64,000 bases of DNA from an uncultured Candidatus Saccharibacteria bacterium (GTDB taxonomy: Bacteria > Patescibacteriota > Minisyncoccia > Phycocordibacterales > UBA1006): NCBI GenBank assembly GCA_964601935.1, contig CAZROP010000003.1, forward strand, positions 3,366 to 67,365, written 5' to 3'. The notes beneath the pieces were generated by a model. The model was not told the DNA's origin, ran no database searches, and saw nothing but the letters and a program-made list of their open reading frames with translations. Both the position numbers and the translations under genes were made by a program. Shown piece after piece: positions 49,903 through 59,686 of this stretch; position 1 is the first letter of the stretch, and each line of letters opens with the position of its first letter.

Positions 49903-50048
49903 CCGGGGTGAGGGGTGGCAACACTCCAGCTCAGAATTTTGACCAAAGTAGGGTGGCACCGCGCGTATATTCGCGCCCCTGCAGAATTATTAACCAAAAT
50001 TGTCGTTATTAATCTGTGTGGGTTCTTCTCATTCAATCTATAAATAAT

Positions 50049-51455
50049 ATGCAGCGAACATTAATAGGGTCTCTTTCCGAACACAAAGGGGGTGAGGTGT
50101 TGGTCCAGTCATGGATACATAATTATCGCGATCAGGGGAAAATGGTATTTTTTGATTTGCGGGATCGTAGCGGTATTGTTCAGGCAGTGGTATTGCCAGG
50201 TCACGTACAAATGGAATTGGCAAAATCTATTCGTAATGAATGGGTCGTAGAAATGCATGCTCGTGTGAATGAGCGTCCAGAGAAAAACAGAAAAGAAGGA
50301 GTTGTAAATGGAGATATAGAGTTAGAGATTTTGGGGATTACTATTTTAAACGAGGCAGAGGCTCCTTTGTTCGACATGAATGGTTCTACCATTGGAATTG
50401 ATGAGGAGGTCAGGTTGCGTAATCGGCCTCTGGATCTGCGGTCACCACGTTTGCAACACAATATTCGTATGCGTTCCAAGGTGGCACAGGCGGTCCGTAA
50501 CTATTTGGAAAATGAACATTTTGTAGAGATTGAAACACCGTTATTAACACGTTCTACCCCCGAGGGTGCGCGTGACTATGTAGTGCCGTCGCGAGTCTTC
50601 CCGGGGTCGTTCTATGCGCTGCCGCAGTCACCTCAGCAATACAAGCAATTGTTGATGTCCGCGGGTTTCGAGCGGTATTTTCAGATTGCAAAGTGTTTAC
50701 GTGACGAGGATTCTCGTGGAGATAGGCAGCCAGAGTTTACACAAATAGATATGGAGATGTCATTTGTCGACCGCGAGTCGGTCATGCAGTTAAACGAGGC
50801 ATTACTCATACATATAGTAACAACATTGTATCCTGAAAAGCGTATTCAGCAGATACCCTTTCCTAGAATAAGTTACAAAGATGCAATAGAAAAGTACGGG
50901 AACGATAGACCAGATATTCGCGAGGACAAAGAAGATCCGAACCTTTTGGCTTTTTGCTGGATTGTTGACTTTCCATTCTTTGAAGGAACTGATACATCTG
51001 ATAATCCTGACACTATGGGCGAATGGACGTTTACGCATAATCCGTTTTCTGCACCTATGCCAGAACATGTGGGCAATCTAATGAGCAAGACATCGATAGC
51101 AGACATTATAACGAGTCAGTACGATATTACATTGAACGGCTACGAAATAGGTGGTGGGTCTATTAGAAATCACAAGGCCGAGGCGCTGGAGACTGTGTTC
51201 GAAATTTTGGGATATTCATCTGATGTTATTCAGGCCCAGTTTGGTCATATGTTGCGCGCATTTCGTCAGGGGACGCCTCCACACGGCGGTATTGCATGGG
51301 GCTTTGATCGCCTGATGATGATTTTACAAAATGAACCTAATATTCGCGAGGTTATCGCATTTCCTAAAACGAGAACAGGTCAGGATGTACTGATGGATTC
51401 ACCTTCAGAGATTTCAGTAAAGCAGTTGAATGAATTAAGGATAAAGAATTATTAG
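50049..51455 (+). CDS. aspS: Aspartyl-tRNA synthetase, short form lacking the bacterial GAD insertion domain
   Basis: Class II motifs are FYALPQSPQQYKQLLM, QIAKCLRDEDSRGDRQPEFTQIDMEMSF and GGGSIRNH...PPHGGIAWGFDRL. At 468 aa it is ~120 aa shorter than the typical bacterial AspRS. Confidence 0.85.
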   Translation: MQRTLIGSLSEHKGGEVLVQSWIHNYRDQGKMVFFDLRDRSGIVQAVVLPGHVQMELAKSIRNEWVVEMHARVNERPEKNRKEGVVNGDIELEILGITILNEAEAPLFDMNGSTIGIDEEVRLRNRPLDLRSPRLQHNIRMRSKVAQAVRNYLENEHFVEIETPLLTRSTPEGARDYVVPSRVFPGSFYALPQSPQQYKQLLMSAGFERYFQIAKCLRDEDSRGDRQPEFTQIDMEMSFVDRESVMQLNEALLIHIVTTLYPEKRIQQIPFPRISYKDAIEKYGNDRPDIREDKEDPNLLAFCWIVDFPFFEGTDTSDNPDTMGEWTFTHNPFSAPMPEHVGNLMSKTSIADIITSQYDITLNGYEIGGGSIRNHKAEALETVFEILGYSSDVIQAQFGHMLRAFRQGTPPHGGIAWGFDRLMMILQNEPNIREVIAFPKTRTGQDVLMDSPSEISVKQLNELRIKNY

Positions 51456-51584
51456 CTTGAAACAGCCGCCGGCGAGAGGATGTTGTTACGAAAACAATGT
51501 TTGATCGCCGCCGGCTTTTCAGATACTACAATGTGGACACTGATTCACTCAGAGTTTTTGTGTGGGGTATACTGTATCTATCCT

Positions 51585-52340
51585 ATGTCTGTAGTATATA
51601 CCGTTGGGACATTTCAAGGTCCATTAGAGTTACTTCTATCGTTGATAGAATCTGAAAAACTCCCCATTTCGGAAGTTTCTTTAGTGCGCGTTGCCGAGCA
51701 GTTTTTGCAGTACGTAACAAGCATGTCTCGATTTGATTCAGATCTCGTGTCACGATTCTTGGCGGTTGCTGCCACCTTGGTTGCTCTGAAGGCGCAGTCG
51801 TTGCTACCCATACCTGATCTTTCAGAAGAAATAGAGGCTGACGCAGCTGAATTGGAGTATCGCCTCAGTATGTATGCTGCGCTGCGTTCTGCTGTGCGTG
51901 TGCTGGAAAAACACTCTATGCGCACCCAGCCTCTGTATACTCGTAAACCAGGATGGAAATATACCTATACCTTTGTTCCAGATGCGAGTGTCACAACTGG
52001 CCGTGTGGTTGGTGCGTTGCGCGAAATTTTGGATAGGTCGCGCGAGCATTCCCTAGAAACCACCTCGCCTGAATTAGAAGAGGTCGCACTTCGTCCGGCA
52101 GTATCACTGGAACAGGTCATGCAGTCTATTTCAGACACCATTGCTCGCGGTGAATCATTCTCCTTGACTGGGAACAGTCGGCATGCGAATACTAGTTCAC
52201 GAGTAGATGCGTTGGTATCATTTCTAGCTATACTCGAATTAATACGCAGTGGTATACTCTGTGCGAATCAGGATACGCATAATGCAGACATCGTATGCGC
52301 ACCTGCTGGTGTTCTATCCACAGATTTTAACGCTAGTTAG
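51585..52340 (+). CDS. scpA: Segregation and condensation protein A
   Basis: FQGPLELLLSLIESEKLPISEVSLVRVAEQFLQYV matches the ScpA N-terminus. It is followed by scpB. Confidence 0.8.
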   Translation: MSVVYTVGTFQGPLELLLSLIESEKLPISEVSLVRVAEQFLQYVTSMSRFDSDLVSRFLAVAATLVALKAQSLLPIPDLSEEIEADAAELEYRLSMYAALRSAVRVLEKHSMRTQPLYTRKPGWKYTYTFVPDASVTTGRVVGALREILDRSREHSLETTSPELEEVALRPAVSLEQVMQSISDTIARGESFSLTGNSRHANTSSRVDALVSFLAILELIRSGILCANQDTHNADIVCAPAGVLSTDFNAS

Positions 52341-52360
52341 GCTAACTTTGTTATACTAAA

Positions 52361-52909
52361 TTGACTATGCTTACATCAGAACAGTTGGAGGCTCTATTGT
52401 TTGTCGCGGGGGATGAAGGAGTGTCTGTAGATACTCTTGCAGAAGCATTTGAATTACCTAGCTCTCACATTGAAACCTTGTACACAGAGTTGCGTTCAAT
52501 CTGCGACACATCAGCTCGTCCCTACAGTGCGGTCTTTGTGCGTAATAATATGGCGCTCGTTACCAAGCCGCAGTTTTCTGATATCGTTGCAAAGACGCGC
52601 ACGTATATTGATAAACAACCGCTCACCAAATCCCAAATAGAAATATTGGCAATCTTGTTGTACAAAGGACCTTCTACGAAATCAGAGATCGATGCATATC
52701 GTGGAGTGAATTCGGCGCAGGCCGTGCGTGGATTGATGCTGCGCGGAATGATTGACAAGACGGGGCATGCACAAGGCTCGTCTCTGTATACTACTACGTC
52801 AGACACGTTGCACATGCTGGGTGTGACAGATGTCGCAGAGTTACCCGAGTATGCACCTCTTAAAAGTTCATTAGAAACAGTCGTTTCTTTGGCAGAAAAA
52901 TCAGAATAA
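52361..52909 (+). CDS. scpB: Segregation and condensation protein B
   Basis: The winged-helix pair pattern LEALLFVAGDEGVSVDTLAEAF...SQIEILAILLYKGPSTKSEID is present. Confidence 0.8.
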   Translation: MTMLTSEQLEALLFVAGDEGVSVDTLAEAFELPSSHIETLYTELRSICDTSARPYSAVFVRNNMALVTKPQFSDIVAKTRTYIDKQPLTKSQIEILAILLYKGPSTKSEIDAYRGVNSAQAVRGLMLRGMIDKTGHAQGSSLYTTTSDTLHMLGVTDVAELPEYAPLKSSLETVVSLAEKSE

Positions 52910-52911
52910 TT

Positions 52912-53952
52912 ATGATACCACGAAACTCATTACTGCGTACTTGGCGTGCAACTCGGAGAAAGATAATGGTGCTCATAGTTGGCCTGGTGACGCTGTGTAT
53001 ACTAGTTATTGGGTTATTGGGTTATATTCTCTATACGCGTACTACATCAGATTTGATTCCTCGCAGTACTGAGGCGGTACCGCAGACAGTAGTCTCGGAG
53101 GATGAAAGTACAGAAACCTATGATTTTAGTGTTCTGCAAAAAATGTATACAACACTAGCTGCCGACAAAACATTCATTGGCGACGGCCTATATGTTGTAC
53201 TATGGGACAAGGCTCACCATAAATTCTATGATTTATACGCAAAAAATCCAGATACACCCTATAACGCTGCATCAGTAACGAAATTGATGACCGCATTAAC
53301 GCTAGCAGAACGTGGAGCCTTACCAAATGAATTTATTGCCGATGCGGGTATGGAGGAAATTAATATGCCAGAAGGCGAAGTTTCTGGCGATTTCCGTGGT
53401 CAGACATTTCCACGACAAGACCTGTTGGCAGCTCTCCTGGTCCAGTCCTCCAATCAGGCGGCCTATTCGCTGGTAAAACCCATGGGCATGGACAGTTTTT
53501 TGAGCAGCATGAATAATGTGGCTTATAAACTGGGTATGTCTCGCAGTATTTTACGCGATCCATCGGGGTACGATTTTGGTAGTAAATCTCAGGCGTCCTA
53601 CATGTCTCCTCGTGATGTTGCTCGGGTTGCATTTGAATTAGCTACCAAATATCCTGATATCACCAATCTTTCTACTAACTTCCGCTATGATATTACTAAT
53701 ACCCGTGGTAAGAAATTTACACTGCGCAACACCAATCCCTTGGTAGAAAATAGAGATGATGTGATATTGTCCAAAACAGGGTATACCTATCTGGCAGGCG
53801 GCAATCTGACTATGGTGACTCGACCCAGGGATAATATGATGGTTGCCTTTGTTAGTATGCATTCCACCAAAGAAGGACGCTTCAAAGATGTTCAGAATAT
53901 GATACAAACTATGGAGACAGCCCTGGAAATGCATGATTTAATAAAAAAATAA
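52912..53952 (+). CDS. D-alanyl-D-alanine carboxypeptidase (peptidase S11, low-molecular-weight PBP)
   Basis: The SxxK (SVTKLM), SxN (SSNQAA) and KTG (KTGYT) motifs are present, with an N-terminal TM anchor. Confidence 0.8.
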   Translation: MIPRNSLLRTWRATRRKIMVLIVGLVTLCILVIGLLGYILYTRTTSDLIPRSTEAVPQTVVSEDESTETYDFSVLQKMYTTLAADKTFIGDGLYVVLWDKAHHKFYDLYAKNPDTPYNAASVTKLMTALTLAERGALPNEFIADAGMEEINMPEGEVSGDFRGQTFPRQDLLAALLVQSSNQAAYSLVKPMGMDSFLSSMNNVAYKLGMSRSILRDPSGYDFGSKSQASYMSPRDVARVAFELATKYPDITNLSTNFRYDITNTRGKKFTLRNTNPLVENRDDVILSKTGYTYLAGGNLTMVTRPRDNMMVAFVSMHSTKEGRFKDVQNMIQTMETALEMHDLIKK

Positions 53953-54030
53953 GACTCTCTCTAGCAGAATATCCTCTGTGAACAACGAACCAGATCTCAA
54001 TTTAATGATATGATATACTAGTCTTCGACT

Positions 54031-55095
54031 ATGTTGTTACCGATTTATCCCAAAATCCTATCAGCTCTGACCCCGGCATTTTTTGCGACTTTGTTCGGGT
54101 TTTTATTTGCTCCGCTGTTATTACGGTTCATGGAGAAATTCCGCATGTGGAAACGTGTTGCTCGTGAAGAAAACAACCCTGATGCAATGTCCGAAGCATT
54201 CGAGCGAGTTCATGACGCCGCAGCGGAAAAACGTACGCCCCGTGTAGGGGGTATCATTATTCTTACTGGACTGGCAATAACTACGCTCTTTTTGGTATTT
54301 ATGCAGACAGTTGCACCCAGTACATTGGCAGGTTCGTTTGACTTTACCAGTCGTAGTCAGACATTGATTCCTATCGCTGTATTCATGGTTATGGGGCTGA
54401 TGGGATTTGGTAGTGATTTACTACAAATCTATGCTCGTGCCAAGGCGTGGACCCAGGGATACCCGCGATTAGTATTTATAGGGCTGATGCTGTCGTTTGT
54501 ATTGTTCGGGTCATACTGGTTCTATGTAAAGCTGGGCGTTGATGCAATACTGGTACCCGCGCTGGGTTGGGTTACATTGGGCTGGTTGTTTGTCCCGGTC
54601 TTTGTCGTTATAGCGTATGCCGTATTTTCTAGTGGTGTCATAGATGGTATTGACGGGCTGGCTGGTGGGGTAATGATGATTATCTACGCTGCCTACGGTA
54701 TTATTGCCTTCAACCAGACCCAGTATGATTTGGCTGCCTATTGTTTTGCAGTTACAGGATCTATCCTGCCGTTTCTCTGGTTTAATATTCCGCCCGCTCG
54801 TATATATATGGGTGAGGTAGGCATGCTGGCACTTACATCATCACTGACGTTTGTCGCCTTTTTAACAGATCAGGTGCTTCTGCTCCCTATTATTGCTTTT
54901 CCTTTGTTTATTTCCGCACTTTCTTCATTTTTGCAGATTATATCAAAGAAATATTTTGGGAAAAAAGTATTTTTAGTCGCGCCTCTGCATCATCATTTTG
55001 AAGCTCTGGGTTGGTCACGGGAGCGTATTGTTATGAAATATTGGGTATGCAGTGTCCTATTCGCATTAGCAGGCGTGGTACTTGCGTTGCTCTAG
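54031..55095 (+). CDS. mraY: Phospho-N-acetylmuramoyl-pentapeptide transferase
   Basis: A polytopic membrane protein with DGIDGLAGG and the HHH motif (APLHHHFE). Confidence 0.9.
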   Translation: MLLPIYPKILSALTPAFFATLFGFLFAPLLLRFMEKFRMWKRVAREENNPDAMSEAFERVHDAAAEKRTPRVGGIIILTGLAITTLFLVFMQTVAPSTLAGSFDFTSRSQTLIPIAVFMVMGLMGFGSDLLQIYARAKAWTQGYPRLVFIGLMLSFVLFGSYWFYVKLGVDAILVPALGWVTLGWLFVPVFVVIAYAVFSSGVIDGIDGLAGGVMMIIYAAYGIIAFNQTQYDLAAYCFAVTGSILPFLWFNIPPARIYMGEVGMLALTSSLTFVAFLTDQVLLLPIIAFPLFISALSSFLQIISKKYFGKKVFLVAPLHHHFEALGWSRERIVMKYWVCSVLFALAGVVLALL

Positions 55096-55098
55096 AGT

Positions 55099-56220
55099 AT
55101 GTCTCGACCTGAATTTACGTTTGATACTACGTTTGTTGTATTAACAGTAGCACTGATCATTATTGGTCTGGCATCATTTTTGTCAGGTGCATTATTTCTC
55201 TTTTCAGAGAACAGCAGTATTTTTTGGAGCACCGTACTGCGTCATGTTGGATTGGGTCTGTTGGGAGGCGTAACAGGGTGGGGGGTATACAAGCTTGCAC
55301 GTGCGAAACAACTCGCTAGAATTGCACCCTATGTTGCTGTGATATCATTTTTGCTAACATGTCTGGTATTTGTGCCTAGTATTGGTACTAATTTGGGCAC
55401 AGTTGCTACACGATGGATATCTATCGGAGGTGTATCCGTACAGCCTGGTGAGTTTTTGAAAATAGGTGCGGTATTAGGTATGGCGTGGTGGTTTTCTACA
55501 CGGAGAGAATTTATCGGTACCATCTGGGGCGGTCTGATTCCTTTCTGGGTTATCACTGGTTTGTGTGGAGCATTACTGCTACTACAACCTGATACAGATG
55601 GATTTGTTGTTATTTTTGGTGCACTTGCAGCATTATATTTCTTTGCACATGCACCGTGGAAACATATCGGCATCAGTTTTTTGGCGGTACTCGTTGTGGC
55701 GGGCGGACTGTTGTATACACGCCCGTACTTGCGCGATCGTCTGAAAACTTTTCAGAATTCAGAACAGGATACTCTAGGTGCCTCGTACCAGGTCCGTCAG
55801 TCACTCATTGCTATTGGATCAGGAGGTATCGTAGGCCGCGGATATGGAAAGGGAATTCACAAATACGAGTATCTACCCGAACCTATGAGTGATGGACTGT
55901 TTGCGGTTGTTGGGGAAGAATTAGGGCTTATTGGTACATCTCTCATTGTTATCCTTTTCTTTCTTTGGTATGTTCGGGCGTTGGTACTGGCAATGCGCTG
56001 TTCTTCCTTCTTTTCGCGCTACGCCATTGTGGGATTCGCGCACATTGTAGTTATTCAAGCATATATCAATATCGCCTCTAATATCGGAATATTCCCATTT
56101 TCAGGTCTACCACTACCATTCATGAGTCAGGGGGGTACAGCGTTATTCGTCATGCTCGTTATTATAGGCTGTATGGCGTCATTAATGAGTACCGGCTATA
56201 CACGTACGCACGTCCAGTGA
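55099..56220 (+). CDS. ftsW: SEDS-family peptidoglycan glycosyltransferase (FtsW/RodA)
   Basis: GIFPFSGLPLPFMSQGGTALF is the SEDS signature. The gene sits between mraY and murG. Confidence 0.85.
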   Translation: MSRPEFTFDTTFVVLTVALIIIGLASFLSGALFLFSENSSIFWSTVLRHVGLGLLGGVTGWGVYKLARAKQLARIAPYVAVISFLLTCLVFVPSIGTNLGTVATRWISIGGVSVQPGEFLKIGAVLGMAWWFSTRREFIGTIWGGLIPFWVITGLCGALLLLQPDTDGFVVIFGALAALYFFAHAPWKHIGISFLAVLVVAGGLLYTRPYLRDRLKTFQNSEQDTLGASYQVRQSLIAIGSGGIVGRGYGKGIHKYEYLPEPMSDGLFAVVGEELGLIGTSLIVILFFLWYVRALVLAMRCSSFFSRYAIVGFAHIVVIQAYINIASNIGIFPFSGLPLPFMSQGGTALFVMLVIIGCMASLMSTGYTRTHVQ

Positions 56221-56234
56221 TATACTAGAACAAT

Positions 56235-57443
56235 ATGAAAATTGTATTAACAGGCGGAGGCACGGGTGGACATTTTTATCCTCTCATAGCAGTTGCAGAA
56301 TCTTTATGGGTTATGGCGGCAGAGGATTCTCTGACGAGCCTCAACCTGTATTATTTTTCTGACAAGGCGTACAACGAATTAGCACTGCGCAATCAGCGTA
56401 TTATTTTCAGATCAATTCCATCTGGCAAGCTGGGTTTGTCATATGGGTTCTTTCAGCGAATCTCTAGCTTGATTGCTGTGATGTATGGTATATGTGTTGC
56501 AGTATGGCGATTGTTCATACTGTATCCTGATGTGATTTTGGCAAAAGGTGGCTATGCGAGTGTGCCAACCGCTGTTGCTGCGTGGATATTAGGTATACCC
56601 GTATTTATTCATGAATCAGATGTAGTCCCAGGTCGAGCTAATATGTTTCTATCTCGTTTCGCTAAAAAAATATTTATTTCCTACAAGGCTGCACAACAAC
56701 ATTTCCCAGTCCATAAAACTATATACATAGGCCAGCCAGTACGTCGCGCGTTACTACACCCTGCGGGAGAAGGTATCGAGGCGTTGTATAAATTAGAAGA
56801 TGATATCCCTGTTCTCTGGATTGTAGGAGGTTCTTTAGGTGCCAAAAAAATCAACGACATAGTTGTCGCAATGTTATCCGACCTGCTCTATCATGTACAG
56901 GTTATTCATCAAACAGGTCCTAAAAATTATGATGAAGTGATCCAGATGTCCGAAAGTGAGTTGCAAGGTCATCCTTATAAATCCCGTTATCACCCCGTTG
57001 CTTATTTGGACGAGTTGTCTACGCGACGCGTTGCTGGAGTTGCGAAAGTAATTATAACGCGTGCAGGTTCAATGTTGTTCGAGATTGCGGCGTGGAAAAT
57101 ACCTGCGATTGTTATACCTAGACCCGTATCTAATGGTGATCACAATCGCAAGAATGCATACGCATATGCCGAATATGGCGGTGCTGTCATTGTCGAAGAA
57201 TCCAATCTGACCCCAGAAATACTGCGTACTGAAATTATGCGCATCATGTCTGATTCTGCTATACAGCGTGATATGTCAGAGCATGCATATCAGTTCGCGA
57301 CACCTCGTGCTGCAAATGAATTAGCTGCATATTTGATAGAAGAATGTTATAAGCATGAAGAAAGAAAGACAGATCCTGAGGTGCCTATTTCGGTGCTTAT
57401 CGAAGAGCAGTTGGAACATCAAGAAAAGTCTAAAAAAGAATAA
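56235..57443 (+). CDS. murG: Undecaprenyldiphospho-muramoylpentapeptide beta-N-acetylglucosaminyltransferase
   Basis: KIVLTGGGTGGHFYPLIAVAESL is the G-loop, and the C-terminal GT-B UDP-GlcNAc binding region is present (ITRAGSMLFE...). Confidence 0.9.
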   Translation: MKIVLTGGGTGGHFYPLIAVAESLWVMAAEDSLTSLNLYYFSDKAYNELALRNQRIIFRSIPSGKLGLSYGFFQRISSLIAVMYGICVAVWRLFILYPDVILAKGGYASVPTAVAAWILGIPVFIHESDVVPGRANMFLSRFAKKIFISYKAAQQHFPVHKTIYIGQPVRRALLHPAGEGIEALYKLEDDIPVLWIVGGSLGAKKINDIVVAMLSDLLYHVQVIHQTGPKNYDEVIQMSESELQGHPYKSRYHPVAYLDELSTRRVAGVAKVIITRAGSMLFEIAAWKIPAIVIPRPVSNGDHNRKNAYAYAEYGGAVIVEESNLTPEILRTEIMRIMSDSAIQRDMSEHAYQFATPRAANELAAYLIEECYKHEERKTDPEVPISVLIEEQLEHQEKSKKE

Positions 57444-57492
57444 CCACTGCAAAACCGCAGCATCCTAGGATGCTGCGGTTTTGCAGTGGTTA
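57441..57492. terminator. Bidirectional terminator with a 25-bp perfect stem that includes both convergent stop codons
   Basis: TAACCACTGCAAAACCGCAGCATCC-ta-GGATGCTGCGGTTTTGCAGTGGTTA. The flanks are T-rich in both directions. Confidence 0.7.
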
Positions 57493-57756
57493 TTCTTCGT
57501 AGCTACCATCGCCGCCGAGCATGTATTCAATCATACTTGCCTCATCATCCAGGGTGCCCTCAGTGAGCTCTTCTTCTCGCTGTGCTTCGAATGATTCAGT
57601 ATCTTCTCCATCGGTTCCTGGAAGTGCACCATCGTCTGTTGGTATGGGTTTCGCGCGTGAGGAGGAGGGTTTTATAGCGGTAGTGTTAACATCAAAATCC
57701 ATCGGGTCACTATTTGTAGGAACATCATCATCTAATAATAAAAAATCATCACTCAT
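57490..57756 (-). CDS. Highly acidic, low-complexity hypothetical protein
   Basis: MSDDFLLLDDDVPTNSDPMDFD...EEELTEGTLDDE. It lies downstream of rbfA on the same strand. Confidence 0.35.
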   Translation of the reverse strand: MSDDFLLLDDDVPTNSDPMDFDVNTTAIKPSSSRAKPIPTDDGALPGTDGEDTESFEAQREEELTEGTLDDEASMIEYMLGGDGSYEE

Positions 57757-57810
57757 ATTGTTTATTAAAACTACACAACTAATTTGTAACAAAACGATTG
57801 TTACATTTTT

Positions 57811-58149
57811 TTAGGTAATGTCAATTGATGTATGGTGGGCAACATCGGGGACAAATATCAAATAGGGCTTTCTTCGGTGGCGGAACTGCTTGCCGATAGT
57901 CTCTGCAATCTCTGCGCCGTGTCGGGTCATGAATGATAAGGCTCCAGTGAGGCCATGTTCAGGAAATACCGATACATAGACACTCACACGTCCGCCGTGT
58001 TCCGATAGTAGGCAATTGGTGATAGTAATGAGTGAGTTTTTGTACGCATTTCGGGATACCCAAGTAGCAATTACACTACGTATTGCTTCCAGATATTCTG
58101 TCTGTATGTGTTGTTTGCGCGGTTCTGGTGTATTCATACTATCCATCAA
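57811..58149 (-). CDS. rbfA: Ribosome-binding factor A
   Basis: Its position immediately downstream of infB (with an overlap), its ~110 aa size and the RbfA-like pattern (..ITITNCLLSEHGGRVSVYVSVF....ALSFMTRHGAEIAETIG...RRKPYLIF) support the call. Confidence 0.65.
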   Translation of the reverse strand: MMDSMNTPEPRKQHIQTEYLEAIRSVIATWVSRNAYKNSLITITNCLLSEHGGRVSVYVSVFPEHGLTGALSFMTRHGAEIAETIGKQFRHRRKPYLIFVPDVAHHTSIDIT

Positions 58150-59653
58150 TTTGGGTTATACATTCTATTAGATCGAATTGGTGCGGTAACTCCCGTAATT
58201 CCACCATCATTCCGCAGTCTGTTCCTTCCTCTACTTTCTGCATTGATGATTTACCTGCTTGCAGCGAAACTATCTTGCCTTTGGATACAATCTCTCGTCC
58301 ACGAACTATTCTAAATGTGTCTTTTAGTTTGAATTCACCGCTGGCGACACGAACGCCTAGTAGTACCTGGTTTTTGTCTTGACTGAATACCTTCAGGACT
58401 TGCCCTGTACCGATAACAGAATCTACTCTTTTCTTGAACTTGCGGTTTTCAGCAATTTCTTCTAACCATTCGCTGATCCTATAAATAATAGAGAAGTGTT
58501 TGATCAGAACCTTTTTTGATTCATCCATGTCTCGTGCGAGATCGTCTGTTGACACATTAAATCCGATAATTAGTGCATCGGGATCCCGTGACACCATGCG
58601 TATATCAGTTTCGCTTATGTTTCCTACGCCCGCATGTACAATTTTGAAGAATACACGGTCAGTTGTATGTTTATGCACCTCTGCTACGACAGCATCGAGA
58701 GATCCGACCACATCACATTTGATAACTACAGGAATTATATTCATCTCATCTGATGGGGGAACTTCGTCAATCCATCGGACAGGTGTTTCGCACTTTGCTG
58801 CTTCTAGTTCCGCGGAGCTTTTGTCAGGATAGCAGGTGAATAGTTCACCTGGTGGGCATTGTTCAGAAAATCCATATAAAGTAACAGGTGATGATACTGT
58901 AGCAGAATCAACAGACTTATTATTAAAATTATAAATAGACCGGCAAGGAACAATACTGCAGCCTGCTACGACAAAGTCTGATTTGCGCAGTACCCCATCT
59001 TTTATCACAACTGTTGCGGCGATTCCGCGCTTGCTGTCGATGTGAGACTCAATAACAAATCCGGATGCAGGCACCTCAGGCGAATATGATAAATCAATAA
59101 ACTCAGAGAGTAGCAGAATGGTTTCTAGTAGCTCTTCTATTCCAGTTCCTGTTTTTGCTGAGATCTTTGTATAGGGTACGTCACCCCCATAGCCCTCCAG
59201 GTATACACCGAGCTCCATCAGTTCTCGAATAGTTTTTTCAGTGTCTGTGCCTGGGCGGTCAATTTTATTAATTGCCACAAGATATGGAACGCGACTGTGT
59301 TGAATAGTATTCCACGCTTCTACCGTTTGTGGTTTGACACCATCGTCTGCCGCAACGATCAATATGGCAATATCAGCAATAGTTGCACTGCGTGATCTGA
59401 TGCTTTGGAATGCGGCATGGCCAGGGGTATCTATAAATGTGATCTTTTTAATCGTACCTTCAGGGGTCTGATGTTCGACCTCATATGCTGTTACGTGCTG
59501 GGTTATGCCGCCCGCCTCTGCATCTACAGTATTGGTATTGCGAATAGTATCGAGCAGTGTCGACTTTCCATGATCTACATGACCCATTATAGCCACGACA
59601 GGAGGTCGGGTAGGTTGACTACTATTCGATGACATAGTAGAACTAGTATACAA
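58139..59653 (-). CDS. infB: Translation initiation factor IF-2, short form lacking the long N-terminal region
   Basis: The G domain is VAIMGHVDHGKSTLLD, DTPGHAAF and NKID. Domains II, C1 and C2 are present. It is only 504 aa. Confidence 0.9.
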   Translation of the reverse strand: MYTSSTMSSNSSQPTRPPVVAIMGHVDHGKSTLLDTIRNTNTVDAEAGGITQHVTAYEVEHQTPEGTIKKITFIDTPGHAAFQSIRSRSATIADIAILIVAADDGVKPQTVEAWNTIQHSRVPYLVAINKIDRPGTDTEKTIRELMELGVYLEGYGGDVPYTKISAKTGTGIEELLETILLLSEFIDLSYSPEVPASGFVIESHIDSKRGIAATVVIKDGVLRKSDFVVAGCSIVPCRSIYNFNNKSVDSATVSSPVTLYGFSEQCPPGELFTCYPDKSSAELEAAKCETPVRWIDEVPPSDEMNIIPVVIKCDVVGSLDAVVAEVHKHTTDRVFFKIVHAGVGNISETDIRMVSRDPDALIIGFNVSTDDLARDMDESKKVLIKHFSIIYRISEWLEEIAENRKFKKRVDSVIGTGQVLKVFSQDKNQVLLGVRVASGEFKLKDTFRIVRGREIVSKGKIVSLQAGKSSMQKVEEGTDCGMMVELRELPHQFDLIECITQIDG

Positions 59654-59686
59654 ATCATACCAATAAAAGCAAGCCTTTGTGGTATA

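Noticed and set aside
49821-50036. 71-aa minus-strand ORF with a PLPEGEG-like translation
   Set aside because: It is the translation of a G/C-rich repeat and hairpin region (CCCTCTCCCTCTGGGAGAGGGCCGGGGTGAGGGG) just upstream of aspS. It has no start context and I read it as a structural DNA/RNA element, not a gene.
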